A DNA stretch of 64,000 nucleotides from an uncultured Acidobacteriaceae bacterium (lineage in GTDB: Bacteria; Acidobacteriota; Terriglobia; Terriglobales; Acidobacteriaceae): the NCBI GenBank assembly GCA_964403025.1, contig CAYOEH010000002.1, forward strand, positions 341,921-405,920. The letters are read 5' to 3'. Positions within the stretch are counted from its first letter, which is position 1. Every line of letters begins with the position of its first letter. Made by a program: the position numbers and the translations under genes. Of the stretch, positions 18,424-27,345 are shown in pieces. The notes under the pieces were generated by a model, which saw only the letters and a program-made list of their open reading frames with translations, did no database searches and was not told where the DNA came from.

Positions 18424-19809
18424 ATGCCATGTCTGGGGAGATTACGGCGCGCGCTAAGCACTGTCTCGGTGCTGGCGGTGATGTTCGCCTCGTCCTCGTT
18501 GGCCAATGCCTCGGCCACTCTTCTGCTCGAAGAGCCTTACGGCAAGCTGGGATTCTTCACCGCTACGGGCCACGCGGCCGTGTATCTATCCGGCGTGTGC
18601 GCCGAGACTCCGCTGGTGCTGCGCGCCTGCGCTCCCGGTGAGCTCGGCTCGGTGATCAGCCGCTATGACGGAGTTGGCGGCTACGACTGGGTGGCTATCC
18701 CCCTCATCCCGTATCTCTACGCGGTCGAGAAGCCGCAAGATATTCCACTGTTTGTCGATCCGAAGCTGGTCGCCTTTCTGCGCGACCAGTACCGGCGCAA
18801 ATATCTGCAAGAGGTCGCGCCCGATCTAACCACCGGACAAACTCCGGGCGGAAACTGGTATGAACTGGTCGGTTCAGCGTACGACCGGGCATCCTATGCC
18901 TTTGAAATCGAAACTACCGCAGCTCAGGACGAAGCTTTCATCAAAGCGTACAACGAAGCGCCGAACCGTTCGCACTTCCGCACGGTCTCCCGCAATTGCG
19001 CCGACTTTGCCAAGGGCGTGATCAATTTCTATTACCCCAAGGCGCTGCATCGCAGCGTGGTTGCCGACGTAGGAATCGCAACTCCCAAGCAGATGGCGAA
19101 GACTATCGTGAAGTTCAGCTCGCGCCATCCGGAGCTGGATTTCACGCGCTATGTCATCCCGCAAGTGCCGGGCAGCGCCGCGCGCAGCACGGCAGTTCAT
19201 GGAGTGGTGGAGTCGTTCTTCAAATCTAAGAAATATATTGTCCCCAGCGCAGTGGCGAGCCCGGTGTTCGCCGGTTGCGTGGCAGCTGTGTACGTGGGCA
19301 CCGAAGCGGGCCGCTTCGACCCTGCCAAGAAAGCGCTGGTTTACAGGGCGGATCGCAGCCTGGAACCGCCGATTGGGGCGGAAGACCGCCGCTCCTATGA
19401 ACTCGAACTGAACCATCTTGTGGCCGCAGAGGCACTGAAAACGAGCACTACTCACGTGGAGAAAACCCTGGCTCGCATGATGAACACGGGCGCACCTGGC
19501 TTTGATTCCGAGGGACGTCCCGTGCTGCGCATGCGTATCGGCGATGAAGAAGTAAACCTGGGCGTCGCTGAAGGCAACATCTTTGCCGCGGCATCTTCGG
19601 GGCGACTTGCGCAACAGCTTCTGGAAGCCCGGCTGCAGGAGGAGTTGCGCCGCGGAATTCCAAAGGTTTCAGTCAATGACGTCGAGCACGACTGGACGCT
19701 GCTGCAAAGGGCTGTGAATGCTCCCGACAATCAAGTCGCCGCACGGGATGCGAGACCTTTGCAAGCCGGCTCGCAGTTACGCTGGGCTCCCACCGGCAAC
19801 CGGCCCTGA
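18424..19809 (+). CDS. hypothetical secreted protein (possible His/Cys hydrolase fold)
   Basis: Signal peptide ...VLAVMFASSSLANASA. TGHAAVYLSG and, about 170 aa later, SRNCADFAKGVINFY resemble a His ... N-C catalytic pair. Confidence 0.55.
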   Translation: MPCLGRLRRALSTVSVLAVMFASSSLANASATLLLEEPYGKLGFFTATGHAAVYLSGVCAETPLVLRACAPGELGSVISRYDGVGGYDWVAIPLIPYLYAVEKPQDIPLFVDPKLVAFLRDQYRRKYLQEVAPDLTTGQTPGGNWYELVGSAYDRASYAFEIETTAAQDEAFIKAYNEAPNRSHFRTVSRNCADFAKGVINFYYPKALHRSVVADVGIATPKQMAKTIVKFSSRHPELDFTRYVIPQVPGSAARSTAVHGVVESFFKSKKYIVPSAVASPVFAGCVAAVYVGTEAGRFDPAKKALVYRADRSLEPPIGAEDRRSYELELNHLVAAEALKTSTTHVEKTLARMMNTGAPGFDSEGRPVLRMRIGDEEVNLGVAEGNIFAAASSGRLAQQLLEARLQEELRRGIPKVSVNDVEHDWTLLQRAVNAPDNQVAARDARPLQAGSQLRWAPTGNRP

Positions 19810-19882
19810 GCTGTTCTTTCCTTGCCGGTTACGATCCGAACGATCCTCCACAAATAATCAAGCATGCCACCTCTAGGACGTT

Positions 19883-20695
19883 CTACTGCTGATCGGGAGG
19901 AGGTTGAGGCTGAGCTTGAGGCTGGTGCGGAGCTGGCGCGCCGGGAGGAGTTGGGACTCCCGGTTGAGCTGCCTGTTGCTGCTGCTGCATCTGGAGTTGG
20001 CGCTGCTGCATCTCCTGCAACAACTGCTGAGGCGTCTTCACGCCCGGCTGGTCCCCCGGCTGGGTTTGTTCCGCCTCCGCGGCGCTCTGGTCAGCGGTGT
20101 CATCGGTTGCGCTATCATCCGCCGCTTCGGCTTCGGCCGCGGCAGCGGCAGCGTCTGCCCCGTTGGCGGCTGGAGGCGGAGCTCCATTGGCGGCCGCAGC
20201 TGCATCAGCAGGGGTTGGGGTGTCGGGTGTCTTCGCGACCAATACCACCCGCACCAGAGTGTTGGCGTCCGCCGGCGATCCCAGCAGAATGTAATTGAAG
20301 CGTGATCCATTCAGCAGTTCAGCCATCACTTCCCGAGCCGGAGCGGGGCCCAAGCGCGTCACCACACGTTCCGTGGCCGTGGCGGGAATATCGATGTCTG
20401 CGGAGGTGTGCTTGCGGACGCCACGCAGGATATCTCCCAGCGTAGAATTCGGCGCCACAATGGTGAGCAGTCCATCCTGGTAACTAACGTCGGGAGCAAC
20501 CGCGGGAATGGCATCGAGCGGAACCTGGGGAACCGGGCCTCGCGTTCCTGATGGCAATGGAGGCGGCGCGACGGCCTTCTTCTTACTGTGCACACGATGA
20601 GTCGTCGGCGCATTCTGCGTATCCGCCCGCCCCACTGCGGGCAGACACAGAACGCCAGCCACCAGTAACCCAGTAAGCTTCAATCCCGTACTCAT
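19883..20695 (-). CDS. hypothetical secreted protein with Q/A/P-rich C-terminus
   Basis: Signal peptide LTGLLVAGVLCLPAVGRA, a globular domain of about 90 aa, then AAAANGAPPPAANGADAAAAAAEAEA... and QQRQLQMQQQQQAAQPG low-complexity tails. Confidence 0.5.
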   Translation of the reverse strand: MSTGLKLTGLLVAGVLCLPAVGRADTQNAPTTHRVHSKKKAVAPPPLPSGTRGPVPQVPLDAIPAVAPDVSYQDGLLTIVAPNSTLGDILRGVRKHTSADIDIPATATERVVTRLGPAPAREVMAELLNGSRFNYILLGSPADANTLVRVVLVAKTPDTPTPADAAAAANGAPPPAANGADAAAAAAEAEAADDSATDDTADQSAAEAEQTQPGDQPGVKTPQQLLQEMQQRQLQMQQQQQAAQPGVPTPPGAPAPHQPQAQPQPPPDQQ

Positions 20696-20932
20696 GAGAA
20701 CCCCTCCACTTTGATCCTTATTTTGGGGAGACGGTGGCTATCTAAGAGCAATTCTAGCACCGCTTTCCACCCCGGCTGGATCGCTGTAGCCGCTCCACTG
20801 CTTCTTTACCCAATAGAACGTATTGACTTTAAGCTCTTGCGAGGAGACCTTTTATGCAGGCACGCCTTTGGGTGTGCAATGTTTTGCGCTCCTGGAATTT
20901 CGCTGGAGCGTACAATTTCTCGTGGGGGCGGA

Positions 20933-21958
20933 ATGAAGAGCTTCAGTGCTCGCCAGTTTCTGAAACGCTGGCTCCTCGGGGGTAGCGTACTCGCCGTAAT
21001 CACTTGCTGCGCGGCGAACCTGGTCGCGGAAAATTGCGTTACCGCGAGTGACATGGACCCCGCCGCGCGTACCGCTCTGCTCTCCGCCGCCCAGCGCTAT
21101 TTCGACTTTATCGCCAAAGACGATGCCGCATCGCTCCGGCAAAATACCCTCCCGAGCCTGGCCTCAGATTTTTCCGGGATCGAAGCCACGGTCAAGGATA
21201 ACCAGTCCGCATTGGCCGGATCGAAAGGAACGGCCCGTCCTCCATTTTTGCTGGAAGCCGATGGCACGGCGCCCATCCCTCGCGCGGAATTTTACTGTGG
21301 CGTTTTCGGCAGGAACGGCCAGACCGCCGACAGCGCAGCTTTCTACCTGAACAATCTTCCACCGGGCAAGTATGCCGCGGTCATTTTCGATGCACCGTCC
21401 TCCAAGGGCGCCCACACCGTTTCTCTCATATTGCAACAGATCGCTTCCGACTGGAAGCTGGGAGGCCTTTACATCAAAGCCACGCAAACCGGCGGCCACA
21501 ACAGCGATTGGTTCCTCACCCGTGCCCGCGAATTCAAGGCTAAGGGACAGGTCCACGATGCATGGCTTTATTATCTGGAAGCGCGTTCGCTGATCTCGCC
21601 GTTGCCATTCATGAGCACGGCCGCGACCGACAAGCTTTATGACGAATCGCAGAAAGCCCAGCCGGCCGATTGGCCTGCGGACGGCAAAACTGTCGACCTT
21701 TCCGCCGGAACTACGACCTACAAGCTCGTCGACCTTTTCCCTGAGGTCGAGGGCAACGATCTGGATTTAGTTGTGAAGTATCAAGCCGCCGACGTTTCCA
21801 ATACGAATCTGGCGTATCAAAGCAACATTGCGGTGATGAAAGCTCTGCTGGCGAAATATCCGGAACTGCGGGATGCGTTCGCCGCAGTCGTGGCTCGCGG
21901 CGTGGATCCAGTCGGTCACGATTACGGCACGCTGCTTGCGATGAAGGATATCAAGTAG
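20933..21958 (+). CDS. hypothetical secreted protein
   Basis: ORF 20711-21958 trimmed to ATG 20933 (MKSFSARQFLKRWLLGGSVLAVITCCAA). I recognise no motif. Confidence 0.5.
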   Translation: MKSFSARQFLKRWLLGGSVLAVITCCAANLVAENCVTASDMDPAARTALLSAAQRYFDFIAKDDAASLRQNTLPSLASDFSGIEATVKDNQSALAGSKGTARPPFLLEADGTAPIPRAEFYCGVFGRNGQTADSAAFYLNNLPPGKYAAVIFDAPSSKGAHTVSLILQQIASDWKLGGLYIKATQTGGHNSDWFLTRAREFKAKGQVHDAWLYYLEARSLISPLPFMSTAATDKLYDESQKAQPADWPADGKTVDLSAGTTTYKLVDLFPEVEGNDLDLVVKYQAADVSNTNLAYQSNIAVMKALLAKYPELRDAFAAVVARGVDPVGHDYGTLLAMKDIK

Positions 21959-21972
21959 GGATAAGGTTGCTT

Positions 21973-23160
21973 TCAGCTTTCAGCTATCACCATTTGCTCC
22001 TGGTCCAGCGTGCATTCTTTTGGATCTTTGTCCTCGCGCAGGCCGAGGAATACCGGCGCTCGCAACTTCGGACCCGCACCGTTCATGGTTCCATCGGTCC
22101 ATTCTGCGTACTCGATCTCGGCGACCATTTCTGGTTTTACCCAGTACACTTTTCGCAGCGCTTCGACTTCCCCATAGAACGGGTTCTTCTTGCTTTCCCG
22201 TTTCTTCAGCAGTTTCCAAACTTCCTCCAGCGACCTCTGATCAAAACCGCTGCCCGCCTGTCCCACGTGAATCAGCCGCCCCTGCTTGTCATAGAGCCCG
22301 AGCACGATCGAGCCGAAGTGGGCGCGACTGCCCTCCGGTTCGGTGTATCCGCCGATCACGCACTCCAGCCGGTGCGTGATTTTGATCTTCAGCCATTCGC
22401 TGCTGCGCCGTTCCTGATAAATGCTGTCGCGTTTCTTGGCGAGGATTCCCTCCAGCCCTTTCTTCCGTGCAATTTCAAACAGCGCCTTCCCCTGCTGCTC
22501 GTAGTGATCGGAATAACGGAGTGCATCGCCCGCGACCAGCAGCGACGCCAATTTCTTCTTGCGCTCCTCGAGCGCCACCCGGCGCCAGTCGTAGCCGTCG
22601 AGATAAAGCAGATCAAAGGCATAGTAGAGCACCGGCACATCCGCATTGGTGGCGCCACGGCGGCCGCCGGGACGAAAGCCGGTTCGCTGCTGCATCAGGC
22701 TGAACGACGCTCGTCCCTGCTCGTCGAGCGCAACCACTTCGCCATCGAGGATCGCATTCTTCGCTTTGACGAATTGCGGCAGATCTTTCAGTTCAGGATA
22801 GCGCTGCGTCAGTTCGTTCTGATTCCGCGAGACCAGCCGGACTTTGCCATTCTCGATAAATGCCACAGCCCGGTACCCGTCCCATTTGATTTCGAACAGC
22901 CACTCCGATCCGTCAAACGGCTTGTCGATCGACGTGGCCAGCATGGGATGAATCGCGGTCGGCATAGGACGCTTGACCGGTGCGGAAGGTTGGGGAGCTG
23001 CAACCGCTGCAACCGCAGAGGACACAGAGAGCGCTGAGGATATTAATCTGTTCGCATTGTTCTGCTGGGATGTGGAAATTGGCAGGCTGTCGCTGCCCGG
23101 AGACGCTGCGGTTTTTCTCTTATCCTTCTCGGCGTTCTTCGCGGCCTCGGCGGTGATCAC
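21973..23160 (-). CDS. ligD: ATP-dependent DNA ligase, LigD ligase module
   Basis: Adenylation motif I in EIKWDGYR, plus downstream nucleotidyltransferase and OB-fold regions. The ORF opens inside the A9 run that ends the upstream phosphoesterase ORF. Confidence 0.85.
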   Translation of the reverse strand: MITAEAAKNAEKDKRKTAASPGSDSLPISTSQQNNANRLISSALSVSSAVAAVAAPQPSAPVKRPMPTAIHPMLATSIDKPFDGSEWLFEIKWDGYRAVAFIENGKVRLVSRNQNELTQRYPELKDLPQFVKAKNAILDGEVVALDEQGRASFSLMQQRTGFRPGGRRGATNADVPVLYYAFDLLYLDGYDWRRVALEERKKKLASLLVAGDALRYSDHYEQQGKALFEIARKKGLEGILAKKRDSIYQERRSSEWLKIKITHRLECVIGGYTEPEGSRAHFGSIVLGLYDKQGRLIHVGQAGSGFDQRSLEEVWKLLKKRESKKNPFYGEVEALRKVYWVKPEMVAEIEYAEWTDGTMNGAGPKLRAPVFLGLREDKDPKECTLDQEQMVIAES

Positions 23161-23885
23161 TTCTTTCGTTTTTTTTTACTCGCAGCAGCTTTCTTTTGAT
23201 CGAGTTTTGCCACTGCACCCGCCAGCCACGCTGCCTTCAACTTGCCGCGGCCCGACGGACGGCTTCTCCACTCCGCCGATCCCGCGTCTCCGGCAATTTC
23301 CGCCAGGCTGCGCTTGCTCAGCACCGATTCGTCATACGCGTCGATGTCGTATCCCTCCACCACATGGTCATCATGCTTTTTGATCAGCAGCCATTCGTTG
23401 CCTTTGCTTCCCGGACGGCGCCCTTTCATCTTCACGAGCGCGAAGTCGCCTTTCAGCTTCTTCCCATCCAACCGAAATTTCAAATCGCCCTTGGCCAGCA
23501 TGGCAACGGCTTCGGCCTCCGTGCCGGGCACATATTTTCCGTCCACCGCAACCGGAGATAACGGCTGCCACGTGCCCACATCCCACACCATCACTGTGCC
23601 CGCGCCGTAGTTGTCTTCCGGGATGATGCCTTCGAAATCGAAATACGAAACGGGATGATCTTCCACCTGCATTGCCAGCCGCTTGTCGGCGGGATCGAGC
23701 GACGGTCCCTTGGGCACCGCCCACGATTTCAGCACGCCCTCCATCTCCAGGCGAAAGTCATAGTGCAGCCGCGTGGCGTCATGCTTCTGCACCACGAACC
23801 GGTGCCCCGCTTTGCTCTCGACTTTTGCCGGAGGCTCGGGCGTCTGATCGAACTTCCGCTTTCGTTTGTATTCTTCCAGTGCCAT
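23157..23885 (-). CDS. ligD: LigD 3'-phosphoesterase module
   Basis: FVVQKHDATRLHYDFRLE...SWAVPKGPS...VEDHP is the LigD PE-domain signature. ORF trimmed to ATG 23885. It ends ...AAASKKKRKK* on an A9 run. Confidence 0.85.
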   Translation of the reverse strand: MALEEYKRKRKFDQTPEPPAKVESKAGHRFVVQKHDATRLHYDFRLEMEGVLKSWAVPKGPSLDPADKRLAMQVEDHPVSYFDFEGIIPEDNYGAGTVMVWDVGTWQPLSPVAVDGKYVPGTEAEAVAMLAKGDLKFRLDGKKLKGDFALVKMKGRRPGSKGNEWLLIKKHDDHVVEGYDIDAYDESVLSKRSLAEIAGDAGSAEWRSRPSGRGKLKAAWLAGAVAKLDQKKAAASKKKRKK

Positions 23886-23920
23886 AGCGCAACTATTTAA
23901 CCACAGAGAAGACCAACCCG

Positions 23921-24010
23921 CTGTCATCCTGAGCGGAGACTTGTCTTTCGCGAAGCGAAAGGCAAGCCGGAGTCGAAAGCTTGCCCTGAGCGAAGCCGAA
24001 GGGGATCCCT
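23921..24010. repeat. REP-like element, GTCATCCTGAGCG family
   Basis: ctgtcatcctgagcggagac...cgaagcgaaagg...gtcgaaagcttgccctgagcgaagccgaaggggatccc. Near-identical modules occur at 61778-61900, with related ones at 59517-59625 and 9268-9296. Confidence 0.8.
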
Positions 24011-24092
24011 ATCAGCACCCATCTCCGCCAGCCCGGCAAGGAATTTCCACCACGGATCAAAGCCGTCCCGATACTGTAAAATCGCTCCCGCG

Positions 24093-24530
24093 ATGAAACG
24101 CGAATTCCCCGAAGTTCCTCTGGTCGGTGTCGGCGCCATCATCATCGAAGACGCTCGCGTGGTTCTGGTGAAGCGCGCGCATCCGCCGCTGCAGGCCGAG
24201 TGGTCCATCCCCGGAGGCGTGCTCGAAATCGGCGAACTGGTGCGCGAGGCCGCCATCCGCGAAGCGCGCGAAGAAACCGGACTCACCATCGAGCCCGGCG
24301 AGCTTCTCGGCGTCTTCGATCGCGTCCTCCGCGATCCCGAGCAGCGCGTGCAATATCACTACGTTTTGATTGATTTTCTGTGCCGCCGGGTTGCGGGAGA
24401 TCTGGCTGCCGCCAGCGACGCCGCCGAAGTGCGCTGGTTTAGCCGAGAAGAACTGCCGGCTCTGAATTTGGCGAAAGATACGCTGGAAGTGATCCGCAAA
24501 GGCTTTGTCAACCTGAGGGTCAACCCGTAA
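24093..24530 (+). CDS. NUDIX hydrolase
   Basis: Nudix box GGVLEIGELVREAAIREAREETGL. 145 aa. Confidence 0.9.
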   Translation: MKREFPEVPLVGVGAIIIEDARVVLVKRAHPPLQAEWSIPGGVLEIGELVREAAIREAREETGLTIEPGELLGVFDRVLRDPEQRVQYHYVLIDFLCRRVAGDLAAASDAAEVRWFSREELPALNLAKDTLEVIRKGFVNLRVNP

Positions 24531-24562
24531 TACGCTCCGACTACTGGTGAAATGGCGATATT

Positions 24563-26941
24563 TCAATTGACTGGGATCATGGTCACCGTGTTGCTGGCTT
24601 CGTTAGCCACCCAAACGTTGGCCCCATCGAAGACCAGTGCGCTAGGATTGCTCCCCACCGAGTATGTGCCTATCACCGCGCCGCTACTGGCCAACAGTTT
24701 GGTTACGGTGTTGCCCCCGGGATCAGCGACCCAAATGTTGGTTCCGTCGAAGGCTACTTGGGCCGCGAAGACCCCGGCGGCGTAAGTGCCCACAACCGCG
24801 CCGTTGCTGGCCAACAGCTTGGTTACCGTGCTGCTGCCCTGGTTTGCCACCCAGATATTGATTCCGTCGAAAGCCAATCCGCTCGGATCCGTCCCCACGG
24901 AGTAGGTGCCCACAATCGTGCCGCTGCTGGCCACCATCTTGGTCACCGTGGAATTGAATTCGTTTGCTATCCAAATGTTGGTTCCATCAAAGGCGAATCC
25001 CGCCGGCCCAGCCGCAACCGGGTAGGTTCCCACAACCGCTCCGCTGTTGGCTAACAGTTTAGTTACGGTGTTGCTGCTGACGTTCGCCACCCAAATGTTG
25101 GTTCCATCGAAGGCAATCCCGAACGGATTACTTCCGACGGAATAAGTCCCAACAACCGCTCCAGTCGCGGCCAACAACTTGGTGACGGTGTTGCTGCCGA
25201 AGTTGGTCACCCAGATATTGGTTCCATCGAAGGCCGCTCCGAACGGCTCCGTTCCAACCGAGTACGTGCCCACGATCGCTCCGCCGCTGGCCGACAGTTT
25301 GGAGACGGTGTTGTTGCCATAGTTCGCCGTCCAAATATTGGTTCCGTCGAAGGCCAGCGCGAATGGGTTCGTTCCCACCGGATATGCTTGGCTATACCAG
25401 CGCAAGAGTGCCGCATTCATTGCTCCGAGTGTGACCGAGCCCGGAGGTCCGGCTGGTCCCTGCGCACCCGGAGGTCCAGCAATTCCCTGCGGACCGGCGG
25501 GCCCGGTTGCCCCAGGGTAACCAAGCTGTCCCTGCGGTCCCTGCGCACCCGGAGGCCCAGCAATTCCCTGCGGACCGGCGGGCCCGGTTGCCCCAGGGTA
25601 ACCAAGCTGTCCCTGCGGTCCGGTTGCCCCTGGCAGACCAGGCAGTCCCTGTTGCGCCATCACACTCCACGCACTTGTGTTCTGATCCGGAGTCTGGGCA
25701 TTCGGACCATTGGCCGTGATCGCCACATAAGACGAGCCGCTATAAGTTACAACGTCATTCATCGCATAGGTGGCCGTCGGATCGAAAGTATTGCGGAAGT
25801 TGAATCCCACGCCATTTGTGCCCGCTGCGCCCTGTGGTCCGGTAGGTCCTGGCAAGCCCTGCAGTCCCTGTGCTCCAGTTGCGCCCTGCGAGCCTTGCGG
25901 CCCGGTCGCTCCCGTCAAGCCAATCGGACCTTGTGGCCCTGTTGCGCCTTGCAGCCCAGTCGCTCCGGTCGCTCCCGTTAGACCTATAGGTCCTTGTAGT
26001 CCTTGCGCTCCACCGGCTCCTTGTTGCGCCATCACGCTCCAGGCAGTTGGGTTTTGATCCGGAGTCTGAGTATTCGGACCATTGGCCGCGATCGCCACAT
26101 AAGTCGATCCGTTGTAAGTAACGATATCGTTCACCGCATAAGTGGCAGTCAAACTAAAAGTATTGCGGAAGTTGAACCCCGCCCCATTCGTGCCTGCCGC
26201 ACCTTGTGGTCCGGTTGCCCCCGGGATACCCTGGGATCCTTGCGGACCGGTTTGACCCTGTGGACCTGGCACACCCGTCGCACCCGTCGCTCCAATCGGT
26301 CCCTGTGCGCCAGTGGCGCCCTGCGGACCTTGCACTCCTGCGGGCCCTTGCGGTCCGGCGGGTCCCTGGGCTCCGCTGTTGACGAACACAATGTCCAGTT
26401 CGGCGGGATGGCTCGTACCCGTGTTTTCTTTGCTGTTGAAGCTCGCATTCAACGCGCTGTTGCCAACCAGCGCAATCCCGTAGTTCGCCTGTGTTCCGCT
26501 AAGCCACGCCTGCAACGCAGAAGTAATGTCGATCAGGATGTACTGGTTTACGCTTGCAGAGGTGAGCGGCACGGCACTCGCGACCGTGCTTCCCAAGGCG
26601 GGAGAAGACTTGGCAGTGATCGTCGCTTCCGACCATGCGCCGTTGACGTAATCGACATTGAAGTTGCCCGCTGTGGTCACCGCATTGACATAGAGTTTGA
26701 GCGTTGCCTTGGCGACGTTGGCGCTGGTATAGCTGGGCGGGATCGACGCTAGACTAAACTGAATGTAAGTCGTTTGCGAGCCGCCGACTACATCGAGGAG
26801 CGCGTTAGCCCCGTAGTTAGTGGAGGATGAACCAGTGTTTGTGTAAGTGTCGGCGCTAGGTGTGAGCTGCGCGTAAGCGCCAGTCACCAGACACGCTACG
26901 GAAAGTACAAGTGCCGCGAGCCTTGTCTTCAAATTGGTCAT
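24563..26941 (-). CDS. secreted collagen-like repeat protein with CBM-like inserts and a C-terminal 7-blade beta-propeller
   Basis: Signal peptide [25 protein letters not shown]. Three Gly-X-Y blocks. Two 55-aa modules FNFRNTF..TATYA.ND.VTY.GS.YVAI.ANGPN.QTPDQN..AWSV. Seven repeats of about 41 aa of the form Y.VG..P...[11 protein letters not shown]...NTVTKL.A..GA.VGT. Confidence 0.85.
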   Translation of the reverse strand: MTNLKTRLAALVLSVACLVTGAYAQLTPSADTYTNTGSSSTNYGANALLDVVGGSQTTYIQFSLASIPPSYTSANVAKATLKLYVNAVTTAGNFNVDYVNGAWSEATITAKSSPALGSTVASAVPLTSASVNQYILIDITSALQAWLSGTQANYGIALVGNSALNASFNSKENTGTSHPAELDIVFVNSGAQGPAGPQGPAGVQGPQGATGAQGPIGATGATGVPGPQGQTGPQGSQGIPGATGPQGAAGTNGAGFNFRNTFSLTATYAVNDIVTYNGSTYVAIAANGPNTQTPDQNPTAWSVMAQQGAGGAQGLQGPIGLTGATGATGLQGATGPQGPIGLTGATGPQGSQGATGAQGLQGLPGPTGPQGAAGTNGVGFNFRNTFDPTATYAMNDVVTYSGSSYVAITANGPNAQTPDQNTSAWSVMAQQGLPGLPGATGPQGQLGYPGATGPAGPQGIAGPPGAQGPQGQLGYPGATGPAGPQGIAGPPGAQGPAGPPGSVTLGAMNAALLRWYSQAYPVGTNPFALAFDGTNIWTANYGNNTVSKLSASGGAIVGTYSVGTEPFGAAFDGTNIWVTNFGSNTVTKLLAATGAVVGTYSVGSNPFGIAFDGTNIWVANVSSNTVTKLLANSGAVVGTYPVAAGPAGFAFDGTNIWIANEFNSTVTKMVASSGTIVGTYSVGTDPSGLAFDGINIWVANQGSSTVTKLLASNGAVVGTYAAGVFAAQVAFDGTNIWVADPGGNTVTKLLASSGAVIGTYSVGSNPSALVFDGANVWVANEASNTVTMIPVN
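25460..25621. repeat. near-perfect 81-bp tandem duplication inside the third collagen block
   Basis: Copies 25460-25540 and 25541-25621 differ at one base that I can see (ggaggtccag vs ggaggcccag). Each encodes a repeated 27-aa Gly-X-Y unit such as [27 protein letters not shown]. Confidence 0.85.
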
Positions 26942-27345
26942 GGCTCTCCTTACAAATCTCTTTTTTTACATTCAAAAACGGGCTCCTCATAAGTTAAAGC
27001 AGGCTGTCCACGCACTACTTCTGAGCCAATCTCTTTGACGGTCACGCTTCGGGGACCCTCGCCGCCTGATCGACTCGGCTCTCTGGAAATCTTTACCAAA
27101 TTATGGCGTGATAATATCGAAGCCCTCCATGGAAAGCGAGGAGGAACCGGGCTTATGCCTTGGGGTAACCTAGATACTAACTGTCGATCTAACTGAGAGG
27201 TTTCACCATCCGGCCGTTATGTAACTCAAGAGTAGACGTTACAAGAACACCACTGAGTTGGTGCGAGCGAACTGCGGACACGGGAGGGCCACGTCCTAGC
27301 TGTTGCGCTTCGTGAACATCGAAACCGTAATAGAGGTTAGAAGCC

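Noticed and set aside
21967-23037. 356-aa plus-strand ORF opposite the LigD ligase module. Similar long antisense ORFs occur at 30615-31838, 53807-54943 and 57335-58414.
   Set aside because: All of them lie opposite genes with clear catalytic motifs, and none has a recognisable motif of its own.
24563-26400. Strong 9-bp and 123-bp periodicity that could be mistaken for a repeat/spacer array
   Set aside because: The periodicity is fully explained by in-frame Gly-X-Y codons and the 41-aa propeller blades of one long ORF with a signal peptide. It is not a CRISPR array or a non-coding satellite.
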